Positions 1 through 11,238 of a DNA stretch of 64,000 nucleotides are shown here, in pieces. Positions within the stretch are counted from its first letter, which is position 1. Every line of letters begins with the position of its first letter. The DNA lies in the NCBI GenBank assembly GCA_001662655.1, contig KV460290.1; one strand, written 5' to 3'. Source of the stretch: Pseudogymnoascus verrucosus (taxonomy: Eukaryota). The notes under the pieces are model-generated. The model saw only the letters and a list, made by a program, of their open reading frames with translations. It made no database searches and was not told the origin of the DNA. A program made the position numbers and the translations under genes.

Positions 1-2
1 AG

Positions 3-389
3 GGGAGAGGAGAGGGGAGTAGCGCGAATGCAATGCCACTTGGTGCGAATGCACGCGAAGTCGGCACCGGAGGCAGGGAAGAGGAGAGGAGGAGGGTTCC
101 CCAGCCAGTGGTGGAGGCGAAAACGGTATACGAAGCTGCGCCGGCGATTAGGGATCTAAGGAAAGAAGCGGTGAGTGCGTTTGTGCCGGCGGCGGTGAGG
201 AGGAAGATGGAGATGGCGGGGGGGAGGGGGGGGTTGGTTGGGGAGAGGGAGGCGGAGGAGTTGGAGAGGGGGGGGTATTGGAAGGGTGCTGGGGAGGGCG
301 GGGGAGGGGATAAGGGAGAGGGAGGGGAGGGGGAGAAGAAGGGGAAGGGGGTTACGATGGAGGAGGTTGAGGATGAAGATGCGCGGTGA
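3..389 (+). CDS. 3' end of a WBP11-like (WW-domain-binding protein 11 / mRNA biogenesis factor) gene, truncated by window start
   Basis: Frame is open from the window start. The segment KTVYEAAPAIRDLRKEAVSAFVPAAVRRK and the acidic tail VTMEEVEDED resemble fungal WBP11 C-termini (recalled, not searched). Confidence 0.6.
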   Translation, partial: GRGEGSSANAMPLGANAREVGTGGREEERRRVPQPVVEAKTVYEAAPAIRDLRKEAVSAFVPAAVRRKMEMAGGRGGLVGEREAEELERGGYWKGAGEGGGGDKGEGGEGEKKGKGVTMEEVEDEDAR

Positions 390-501
390 TGGAGGGGGGG
401 GTGGGGGATAGGGAGAGGGGTTACTCGTGGCGCTTGGAGTATGGACAAGGATTGTGAATAGCAGATAGTATAATATTAAATACAAGATTTGAATTATTCA
501 C

Positions 502-2154
502 TCAGACAATCGTGATCGTACCCCTCGTCCTCTCCTCAATATCCCTCACTATCTCCCACGCCGGCGTCACAAACCCAATTCCCGTACTCCTATCCACCGC
601 AAACAACATCCCCGCCCACTCCTTCCGCAAGTTAAAAACTAGCGCACCAAAATCCCCCACCTGTGCAAACGTCTCGTCCGTACGGCCTCGTTTAAACTCA
701 TACTCATGGGACACCTTCCCGTCATGCCACCGAATCGCCCGCTTGAGTATGTTATGTTCAGCGCCGGTGCATTCGGAGGATAGGCCGACTTTGCCGTACC
801 ACTCGCTCCTGAAGCTGGTGGTGGTTCCGGAGACGGTATCGCCTTCTTGGACACGGTAGTAAGGGGAACCGTGTCTCCTGAACTGGGTCTCTGGTGGTAG
901 GAGGTTCTTCAAGGGGCGCGAGGAGTCGAGTTCGATGAGCGCCCAGTCCATCCGGTGCTTTGTGTCGGAAAGGCGATAGCCTGAGGCGAACTTGACATGG
1001 CCGATAGGTCCTAGGGAAGCCATTTGCTCAAGGCGGCTGAGGATCTCGAAATCCTCTTCTGTTGCATTCCAATTTTCGATGCAAGATATGCGAGCTACCT
1101 TCGTCTGTCTTACGTCGTATTTAGCTGGGTACTCGACATTGATCTTGTAATCGACTTGCCGTCCATCTAATCCGATGCCGAGGGAGTCGTTTGTTTTTTG
1201 CCCAAATAGGTCGCCGGTTGCTATCACATTATAGCAGGTAAGAAAGCACTTTCTATCCTCCTCATCGCCGGCAGCGCGGTAGTTCACAACAGCGCCGAGA
1301 GTCCCTGCTGAATTTGTGCAATTCGACGGCGCAATGGATGACCCGTTAGATGGAACCGCTGGTAGCCAACTCAGGTACACATATTCATGAGATCTCTCAG
1401 ACGGGCGTGTAAGTGCAATCCTGCCCGGTAGAATCTCAACAGAGATATCAATCTCTTCTGGGGAAATCGCAGATACGATAGTGCTGCTGATTTTCTCTTC
1501 GAGCTCGGCCCATGCGTGCACTGCTCCTGGTTGAATGAAGATAATAGCTGTGAGGCGATCTTCGCAGTCGTAGTACTGAGTTCCGCGGTAGTGGTACGCG
1601 ATAGTGGTCCATTTCCCGGGACAATGCTTCATGACGGCATCGAGGACGAAGGGCTGGATCTTCGCGATGGAATTAATCGTAGCTTCATCCCTAATAATGT
1701 AAGATATATCACTGTACGACTTCTCGTCGTTGCGAATCTCTACTCTCATTTCAACCCCAGCTGCTGCTGCAGCCGGCTCAACAATCTCGTAGATCTCAGA
1801 TACGGCCCTTTTCCACGATGATACGTTGAACTCATCGCGCGTTCTAATGAGTATCGTATCCTTTACATCCTTTGGCGTATGCCGTGGCGCAAAGCTGTAT
1901 ACGCCGATCATCCGCGGATTAATCTCATGGTTTGAGAGTATTTCTCGGATCGACTCGTCGAGTTCATCGAATACCTCGACCGCGACGTTGGAAGTTTTGT
2001 GGACATCCCAGGGCCAGCCGACGGGGATCTTGTTGGCAGCAGCGCGGTAGGGGTCTTTGCAGGCGGCGTAGTATTCTATTGAGCAGCTTCCGGTTTTGGG
2101 ATCGAAATGCTCGGGATCTTGCCCGGGGTTGAATTTGCGTGATAAGATGGCCAT
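502..2154 (-). CDS. Trypsin-like (Ssy5/peptidase S64-like) fold protein, probably catalytically inactive
   Basis: Intronless ORF, first ATG at 2154 (MAILSRK). C-terminal half has the AGTLG, FLTC-x-x-V, DWALIE and G-D-x-G-A-L-V motifs of the chymotrypsin fold, but they read TCYNV and GDFG. Confidence 0.7.
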   Translation of the reverse strand: MAILSRKFNPGQDPEHFDPKTGSCSIEYYAACKDPYRAAANKIPVGWPWDVHKTSNVAVEVFDELDESIREILSNHEINPRMIGVYSFAPRHTPKDVKDTILIRTRDEFNVSSWKRAVSEIYEIVEPAAAAAGVEMRVEIRNDEKSYSDISYIIRDEATINSIAKIQPFVLDAVMKHCPGKWTTIAYHYRGTQYYDCEDRLTAIIFIQPGAVHAWAELEEKISSTIVSAISPEEIDISVEILPGRIALTRPSERSHEYVYLSWLPAVPSNGSSIAPSNCTNSAGTLGAVVNYRAAGDEEDRKCFLTCYNVIATGDLFGQKTNDSLGIGLDGRQVDYKINVEYPAKYDVRQTKVARISCIENWNATEEDFEILSRLEQMASLGPIGHVKFASGYRLSDTKHRMDWALIELDSSRPLKNLLPPETQFRRHGSPYYRVQEGDTVSGTTTSFRSEWYGKVGLSSECTGAEHNILKRAIRWHDGKVSHEYEFKRGRTDETFAQVGDFGALVFNLRKEWAGMLFAVDRSTGIGFVTPAWEIVRDIEERTRGTITIV

Positions 2155-2717
2155 GTTTGCTGTTGGTAGTTCTCGTCGTGATAGTCTCCGTGGCGACTTT
2201 GGGGAAATATATAAACAGGCTAGATACGACAACGCTTTACGTCAATTATGGCAAAGTTAGAGGTTGAGTCATGGGTGGTGGGCAGATGGACCCTTCAGGG
2301 ACCCCCTTTTTGTATCACTTTGGTCTATAACTTTCGAGATGGCATATATGGATATTACGTCGATGCAGAGCTACCAACCTCATTATCGCAAGGTTGAAGA
2401 GGCTGAGCCATGGGGCGGAAGATGGATGGGACGATGGAGCGTCTCCATTTCTATACGGTAGGATCCCGCAGAGTTGTATCAGTCTCCGCGGGGGCTTCAA
2501 CGGAATCAGAGCGGCGAGTGTGTAATAGAACTAGCTTCCCAATAACCATTCATCCATTAAATATACAATATAAACCTTCTCTCCCGTCAGCACTAGTCAC
2601 TAGAGTGCAAAGAAAACTGAGAGCAAAAAAAGGAACGAGAATCGAGGCGCTTGCGTGTGAATATCCTTCGCCCCAGTAACATATTTGGCCAAACCAGGGC
2701 CTCTACGAATATTGTAC

Positions 2718-2815
2718 ATCTCTCACCACCACTTATATCTCTCACCACCACTTACCCTTCTTACCGTCACCTATCTCTGTCACCACCACTTACCCCTCTC
2801 CCCACACGCCTCACC
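2718..2815. repeat. Imperfect tandem repeat of TCTCACCACCACTTA-type units
   Basis: Three near-identical copies of atctc(t/tgt)caccaccactta plus a degenerate fourth. Confidence 0.7.
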
Positions 2816-4375
2816 ACCGTCCACTTCACCATATCAGCGAATGCGTCAGCGCCGTCCACTCGACCATGTTAGCGAATGCATCAGATTGTGCTGACGCATT
2901 CTCAAAGCATAAGTCCGTCGTCTGCTAGGCCAAACTGTTCGTTTGTACATATGTCTGGCGATTTGCGATCATCTGTCACACCCTCACTCCCTAATGTACC
3001 ACGCTCTCCTCAGACGTAGCCACGCTCCTTCGTTGAAAACACTATGGGCAGTTCGATTCGGGTGGTATGCGCTGGTATGATAAGGGGCGCACCCGCATCT
3101 TCACTCTCTAAGCTGCCTCTAACCATAATCTGCGTTAGGATCTACACTAACTCTTGTCAGTGTTATGGTGGAGCTTGAAAAAAAGCCGCCATTGTCGGCA
3201 AAGTAAGAAAGTATAAATATTCAAACAAAACATCAACGATCCAAGAAATTAAGCTTTGTGGGAATTTTATTAAGTGAACTGAACTCGGGATATATAACGA
3301 TGGGATAGAGATTTGGTATTATATCATACTCTCATTCCTAGAACACGCATACCATACACTATAACCGGGATATTCACAGCCAGCAATGAAACCAACCCCT
3401 ATCCAGACCCATTTTGCGCTTCCGAAAAACAGCTTCCTTCCACCATCTCCAACATCAACGTTTCCACACAGCGAAAACAGTCCAGAGCGTGTATTTCAAC
3501 GACAACTATGCCGCAAATCCCACCCTGAGCCCAAGATGCCGTGTGTAGATCCAGATATCCCATCTCAACCCCCGACCGAACCCCCCAACAAAGAATACAG
3601 CACAGAAAACCGTACCTACTGTAGTAACACATGGATGCCCCAAACAGACACGAAGAGTCTGAACGCCGTTCTGCCTACCTCCCATCAACACCTCTCACAA
3701 CCCCCTTCACATGACACCATCAAAACAACATTTCCACCCCATGATGCACCCCCAAATACACTTCACAGATCGAAGCCAACACTGACAAGGCAACAACAGC
3801 AGCAACAAACAAACAACACCCCCCAAAAAGAAAAACAACCACACCCCTCCCACAAGGCTGATTTGAATCACCCGCCCACCCAAAGACCCATCCGGCGACC
3901 ACCCAACCGCGACCAGGCGCGACCACCTCACCCAGCCCTCTTTCAGGGCTGAAGTATGACCTGCAGCCTGCGCGTAATCCACACACCTGGTAGGCAGGCA
4001 GGCAGCCGCGCACGCGATCCGCCTGCTTGCCTGCCCCTTGCATACCACCAGATCGCGGCTTGCATAACTAAACAAAAGAGGACAGATGGAAATAGACTCA
4101 CGCAGAGGTAACGAACTGGATGACAGATGACAGATCCGAGCTGAGCTGGGCTGATTTCATCACTCAGCTGTCTGTCCCCCTCCTACCTGATGAGTCGAGA
4201 CATCGCTTCCCACCGGCTAGCGTAGGCAAGGAGGCAGGGAGGCAAGAATGCTGCGCCGCCGCGCCGCGCCGCGCCCAGGCCACCCACCACCCGAGACGAC
4301 GAGGAGGGAGAGGGGGTAAGAGTAAGAGTCATACATCCCTTCGACCTTGAGTGTGCGGCGTGACGGGAGTGGAAT

Positions 4376-4500
4376 GTGATAGACAGCGGCGCGGAATCGA
4401 GGACCCGCACAGTGATGGTGATAGTGATAGACAGCGGCGCGGAATAGAGGACCCGCTCCATGATAGTGACAGTGACAGACAGTGACAGTGACAGTGACAG
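4376..4500. repeat. 48-bp-period tandem duplication followed by (GACAGT)n
   Basis: GTGATAGACAGCGGCGCGGAAT(C/A)GAGGACCCGC at 4376-4408 and 4424-4456, then a GTGACA hexamer run. Confidence 0.85.
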
Positions 4501-7500
4501 CGATCTTGGGGAGCGACATCGCACTCGCGCTGTCCTCGACCGTATGAGTGTTTTGAAGTGATATGGGAGGTAGGATAGAGAGGACATGGATGACTGTACA
4601 GAAACCAAATGACTAACCCACCTATCGCCGCCGAGGACGGGAGTTAATCACCTCACTCACCTCACCTCATCTCATCTCCGTCGTCGCCTATATGAATGAC
4701 ACAACACGATAAAGGCGTGATAAATTAACCCCCCCAAGTCTGGACTCACTCAAAATGCCCAAAGCGGGTCTTTCGCAAAAGTACATTCCATAGTATACTA
4801 TCCGTGACCAAGGCGGCCCGCGGATACGTCGGCGCTTGCCTTGGTGGTGGCAAAATAATCCCCCATCTCCGGCGCCGGCGAGGGCGAAAATTGAAAAGAG
4901 TCATACCCTCACTCTCACTCCAGATACGCGTATCAAGAAAAAAGGGGGCTGCCTACCAGCCTTGTCTTGGCGTTTTTCCCCGCCCCGGCAAATTCTCGCC
5001 AAAATTGGGCGGAAGCTCGGGAAGATTAGGCATCGAAAGCAGTCGTATGATGCTGATGTGTCCCTCGCCCTGTGTGGTCCGTGCGGTCTTTTGGTAAGTT
5101 TTTTGCCGGTTTGGTTGGTTTGGATTTCCGTAACAGCAATCACGGGGTATACGGTGGGCGAGGTTTCCTTACTTGTGCGGAAAGTGATCACAGTGATAAC
5201 GGCAGGGGGGAGGTGGTAAGGCTACAAGGCAGACATCTACGCACACAGTCATCAATTTGATGCGTGTGTGTTTTCCGAGCCGAGTCTTGGTGTCGGGGAT
5301 GGGTTGTTTGAGATGTAAGCCTGGTGCTTGATCGTCGGCCGGGGAAAAAGGGGGAGCGATACTCGGAGTGTACTACTACTGCTGCTTGCTTGCTCATTTC
5401 ATATCATTTCTCCGTGTCTCGCGGCTCATAGACGCTGTGCAGCACTCCCTCATCACCGGATGCGGAGTGACTCCTCATTCCCACCCCATCTCCCACCACG
5501 GGTCCACCACCAGAACAGACGCACGCACGCAAGCTTATCCCACGGTAAATCCACACACGATTATCATCAACTCCGCAAGCCCCATCCATCCCCCCTCCCT
5601 CACCACCTCATCCAGTGGTAAGCTTGGGTGGATAGATGGGTCCAAGGGGGACAGGCACCGTAGTAACAACGTCCGTGTTGCGGCAAGGCAGAGGAGAGTG
5701 GAGAAGGGGAAGCTGGGCAGCTGGGGAGCTCCGCAGGCACGGGACCACGACAAGACAACAGAGCTTTGAGTCATCACTCACCACACGCACGCACGCATTG
5801 TTGCCCCGCCACTGTGTCGTCGTCGTCGCTGGTGCTCAGCCTGACTTGGTGAGCTGGATGGATGGATGGGCTAAACTTGGTCGCGCTATCGGAGGGGAGG
5901 GGACACGTAGATGGGGTTTTGGGCTTGAGAGGGGAGGAGTGGGCGAGGAGTGGGCGAGGAGTGGGGATCGTCGTCGTGGGTTTGTGAGTCGAAGAATGGG
6001 AGGGGGAGGAGAGAGAGCAAGTTACGGTAGGTGGTAGTTACTACTGTGAGTGAGTGAGTACAGCTCCTGATTTGGAGTCTCTCACAAAGCCGGTGGCCCA
6101 CGTATTTCCCGTACCGCAAACGGTATCATCGTCGAGGGTACGAAGAGCAAGTCAAGCCGTTGCAAACAGTGTCGCACAACACACAACAAACCAACATGCC
6201 GAACCACCACCACCACCACCACCACCATCATCATCAATCATCAAGTCAGTCAGCGATTTGCAAGCCCTCCGCATCGCTCGAACGCCGCAATGTCATAACC
6301 AGCACCGATCTGATATTGAAGTGTTGTCCATCCCCCCATCGAACCAATCACCACGCGCCTTTACGGGCGGGGAAATGCGATGGGGGTGGGAAATAGGTGT
6401 GGGGATTGGCTGTGTGGGACTGGGATGTTCGGATCGGGGGGGGGGGCGGATGCAGAGGATGAGTGATGATGATGCTTCGACGATGTTCTTCACCACCCCT
6501 CCCCTCACATCAGGGACTAGGAGAAAGGTACAATAGACGAGTACAGATAAGAGTTAGTAGTTTACAGTAGTTACTGTACAGTAACAGGATAGAGGTCAGT
6601 CTCGGGGCCCGAAGCAGAGAGAAGGGGGGCGCAGGATAGACGTCTCATGCGATCTATCCCCGTCCCACAGCTGCGCAGCTGTGGGTTCGTAAGAGGGCAT
6701 ATTGGCGGCTGTGAAACGGATAGTGAGGAGCGTGAGACGTGTGAGTAGGTGGGTTGCCGCCTTGGCTGGCGCTTGGGGTGCGCGGCGGTCGCAACGCTGG
6801 CTGGTGTTCATGCTGTGGGAGCGTGGGACGGAGTACCCGTGGCGAATCTCATGATGTGCATGATATGATATGCAAATACAGAGTAGAGTGAGTAACGTAC
6901 GGTTGTGCGGGCTGCCTGGGGACAGTGTAGCTGTGAACTGGAATCTTCGGGTGTAGCCTGGGGTTTAGTCATGGTGGCAGTGGCAAGGTACTATCGCGGT
7001 TAGGTGGGGAGAGGACAAGGTGTTCGATGTGTGTGCGATGTGCGATGTCCGGTTTGCGATTCCATCATCAGGTTTTTTTTGGGATTGTTTGTGAGGGGTA
7101 ATTTTCAAGTGAGGGGCAAAGTACTAAAGGAGGCTGTGTGTGGTGTTGTATGTGATGTTGCCTGGTAGGCATAAGAATAGCAACACACAGCCGCCGCGTG
7201 TTTGCCGCAGCATCGCCCCCCTGATCTACCGATGCTTCTGTGGGGAAAAAGAGAACGATGCGATGGAATCTGCCTCTCAGCCACGCCGACTGACGCCTAG
7301 AGTTTAATGCAGGTCATTTCGGTCGTCAAAAGGCTGGATGGATGTGAGAAAACAAAGAAGTGCGTGCAGTCATCATCTATCTGACAAGGCAACTATGAGA
7401 CTATTCCCCTTGGACGCACGCACGTACTTTCAGCTCCAAACACGAAGAGTTGGCTGGGAAGGGGCGATGGGCGCTTCGGGAAAGGTGGTGGCTTGTTGCC

Positions 7501-10046
7501 ATGGCGTACTTTTTCTCATAGGTTGGGATGTACTGTAAGCAGAGTGTCATGGTTGGCTGGGAGTGTAGTTGTGAGGTGGCAAGGGCCAATGATGTGCAGA
7601 TGTATAGATGTGGCGAATAATAAGGGAGACAAGGGAAGAGAGGGAGGGACCGAAGTGGTAGAGTAGAATGTCCGTAGTAGAATGAGCTGTTCGAAATGCG
7701 CGAGAGGTGGGACTGGCCAGCCGTAGAGAAACGTTCGATGGTGATGATCCCTGGCTCCAGTCATTGGGTGGCGAGTGCCACTGCCGTGTCATCTTCCCAG
7801 TCATCGCAGTCATCGTCAAGAGACTTGGGCCGACTTGGTTGTTGGCTGGGCGGTGAGGGGTGGCAGAGATGGGAGATGGGGGAGTGAGTACAACGAAGCA
7901 ACAGCGAGTACCAGGCACAGGCGGTGACGGTGCATCCTAGCTACTTTTGTACTCTATTAGGCAAAGAGGCGAGTGCGACGGGGGGGTGTGGTGGTAGGCA
8001 GAATTGGCAGAATCTTTTGCTGGTCTGTGCTTTTTTTTTTGCAGTCGAGAGTGACTCAACTTCTCCTACACCCAAAACTCCCGCCAGGCAAACCCGACCG
8101 CCCTAGTAAACCGTACTATCTGTACTATCTATCTGTACTGCTGTAACCCCAAGGTGTTGACTCTGTTGACTGTTGACTAACGGCACTAGTTCCACGCCCT
8201 CTCCGTACATCCATCCAACCACACCCCATCCACATCCCGGTAATGCTGTAGCCTTGCACCTTGGTGGCCTGTTCTGTGGTCCCTCTTTCGATGATTACCA
8301 GCACAAGATCCAGCCAGCGCCATCCAGCATCAACAGTCATCAACCAGTAAGAGTGCGTAGATTCTTGGTGTTAGGAGTGTTAGCCCCCTCTTTTTCACCC
8401 CCATTTCCCATCTCACACCCCCTCCTCTCCCTCCTTCCCTCCTCCCTCTCTCCCCCCACCCATGTATCTTTAGAAACTTTAGAAATACCCAGCTTGCCAC
8501 GCCTTACTGATGCAATTCCCATGTACCCACCCTTAGGTGTGGATGCATGTTACTCGTACTTTGTACCATACTTTGCTTTGCACTGCTTGCTTGCACTTGC
8601 ACATACTTGCACATAACATAACTGTTCTGTCTGTTCTGGCTGTTCATTGGTGTTATTGTGCCACTTGGCTTATGTGGGTGGTACTTGGTGTTACTACTGT
8701 TACTACTGTAATTTACATACTGTCAGCAAGTCACTCACTCATCCCTCCACTCATATTCTCCCATACTAATGTATGTGTGTATGTGTATTATGTACCTACA
8801 CCCACCTCCCACACCCACACCCTTCCCCCCTCCACCCACACCCAAAATCTGTGTGGGCTGTTGGACTGGCTGGTCCCCCTCCCGTCCTCCGCTCTGAGTC
8901 TGGTTGCTCCCTCGCTGGCGAAAAGTAACAAAACTCACCCTCTATCCGCCCCATCCCTCCTCCTCCTGGCTACCCAACGCAGAAATGGACGACTTCAAAC
9001 AGTAGAAAGCGGCTCTTGGAAGTCTGCACTGTGAATACATTTTTGCCAAAAACCCTCCGCTCAATCCTCCTTTATCTTGTCAAACCTATTATCTACTCTT
9101 AATCCTCTTGTCGCGACTCTCCCGCTCCAAGAACATCCAAAGCTCCTCCTCTTTGCGACCAGAAAGCAATAACCCGGTCAGAAAGCGCAACCTACACACA
9201 TCCAACAACCACCCAACCAACAACAAACTCAACCCAACACCAAAAAAATATAACAACAACAAAATATAACGTTTAAGGCAGCATCGCGTCTAAAAGTTCT
9301 TTGAAAGCGCTTCTACCAACGAATTACACAGACCTGTAGGCTCCCCCCTCTAAAAAGAGGCGTTTGCCCCATTGTCCACGGGCCTGGAATGAGTATGTCG
9401 GCTAACCCATGATTGCCACTCTCAGAGTCACAACCCTCCTCGACACGCCTACCTCCCGCCGCCCCCCGCCACTCTACCTCCTGCCTGGCCTCAACCTTAC
9501 ACGTACTCAAAAGAAGAGACATTTCCTTTATACAAAAACTCCCCTCAGTCACAGTCTTTTTAATTATTTCATATGTATATCAGCGTCCTGGTTTAAAAGC
9601 AACAGCAACAGCAACGCGTCCTTACCACACACACCTCTCGATCTTCAATCAACACTCACTTTTCAGATGGTAGCTGGTATCTAGCCACCACCTTGAAAGA
9701 CTTGATTGAAACTCGGACAGGCCACGATGATCCTCGATATTCTACTTTCTTCTCCAGTCGCCGCTCTTACATTGTCCACCGGTACTATCGTCTCTGAAAA
9801 GATCTCCATTGCACGGGTCTCTTCTGTCTAGCCTCTTGCTTTCGCACTCGATTCATACAGCTCTATACAGCAACACACCACGTGTTACGTTTTAGAGTTC
9901 AGCATCAAGTCAGGAAGCTCACGGGACTAGTCTACAAACGGTAGTATTCGGTTGGTTTTGTATAGACGGCGACTGGAGTTGCGTCCCTTTACGGAGTAGT
10001 GTTCTCTGTCTTCTGATGCAAGTCTCATAACCTCAATTAATTCAAG

Positions 10047-11238
10047 ATGAACAGTGGCGATGTTGAATTGTCGCCGCCTTTTATCACAACATATCATCAC
10101 GATGGGCCATACAGCTCGTCGCTCTCTTCCTCCGCCTCATCCTCTTGCGCTTCTGTCTTCTCAGATGCCGCCTCTCAATCCTCGGACGATTCGTCAGTAC
10201 ACTCGGGAGGCTCTTCCGACTCAGAACAATCGGACGCCTACTGTCGTACAACCCGGCAATCATCATATCAATCACTAGAAGACCAATGCGACGTCATCAC
10301 CCCGACGGAATGTTGGCCTAAAAGCGTCCTGGCGAGCAGCGTTCCACAAAAACGCCCGCATCCCAGGCGCACCTCCAAACTCGCCTCGCGCAAAGCGCGC
10401 TCCCCCCCTTCTCTGGTTCGACAGTGCGACCGAAAGGTCAGCTTTGTCGATAGCCTAGTCGGTAAGATAAAATATTACCCCTTCAAGCAAGTTCACGTAC
10501 TCAAACTCTCCCCCCTCAGATTCCTCCGCCCAAATCGTTGAAGCGATCTGGCCCCTTTCCTCCGTCGTGTGCCGCAGCGAGATGGGCGCCAAAGGCGTTC
10601 TCCCCCTGCGCACCTTCATCCAAGAGACCCTGCGGCGGTCTCAAACCAGCTACTCCACCCTCCAAGTAGCGCTCTACTACCTCATCCTCATCAAGCCGCA
10701 CGTGCCCAGCTTCGACTTCACGATGGAGCAGCCGGACGAGGGCCACGCGACGCGCGCCCTGCAGTGCGGGCGCCGCATGTTCCTGTCGGCCCTCATCCTG
10801 GCCTCCAAGTACCTGCAGGACCGCAACTACTCCGCGCGCGCGTGGAGCAAGATCTGCGGCCTCAGCACCCACGAGATCAACCAGAACGAGATGGCCTTCC
10901 TGGTCGCCGTCAACTGGCGCCTCCACATCACCGACGCCGTCTTCCAGCGCTGGACAGACGTCGTGCTGCAGTTCACGCCGAGCCAGGCCCCGGCGGCCGC
11001 GGGCGCGCTTATGGGCGCGCCAGCGACGCCGCTGCCGGACTGGCGCGCGTTGATACTCAAGCTCGATGCTGATCTGGGGAATGTGGAGGCGGTGGTGAGA
11101 GAGGCGGCTATGGCGACGGCGGCGACGGTGGCGGTGGTTGCGAAGAGGGCGCGCGTCTGCAGTACGCGTGCTTCTCTTGTGTATCAGTCCTCTTTGTTAA
11201 ATAAGTGTTTTGAGGCACAGGCTCCTGCTGTGAGGTGA
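10047..11238 (+). CDS. clg1: Pho85/Pcl-family G1/S cyclin, CLG1-like; exons 10047-10461, 10520-11238
   Basis: Intron GTAAGA..CAG joins FVDSLV-D-SSAQIVEAIWP. Cyclin box TFIQETLRRSQTSYSTLQVALYYL and CGRRMFLSALILASKYLQDRNYSARAWSKI. Confidence 0.9.

Noticed and set aside
3045..3075. GTTCGATTC resembling a tRNA T-loop
   Set aside because: No T-stem, acceptor stem or A-box at the right spacing.
3386..3952. 188-aa P/Q/T-rich ORF
   Set aside because: Low-complexity C/A-rich DNA that is naturally poor in stop codons, with no domain-like content.
4376..4456. Repeat-spacer-repeat as a CRISPR array
   Set aside because: Only two copies, eukaryotic context and no cas genes.
4999..5008. Perfect CArG box CCAAAATTGG
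   Set aside because: A few are expected by chance in 64 kb, and it lacks the flanking TT/AA of strong Mcm1 sites.
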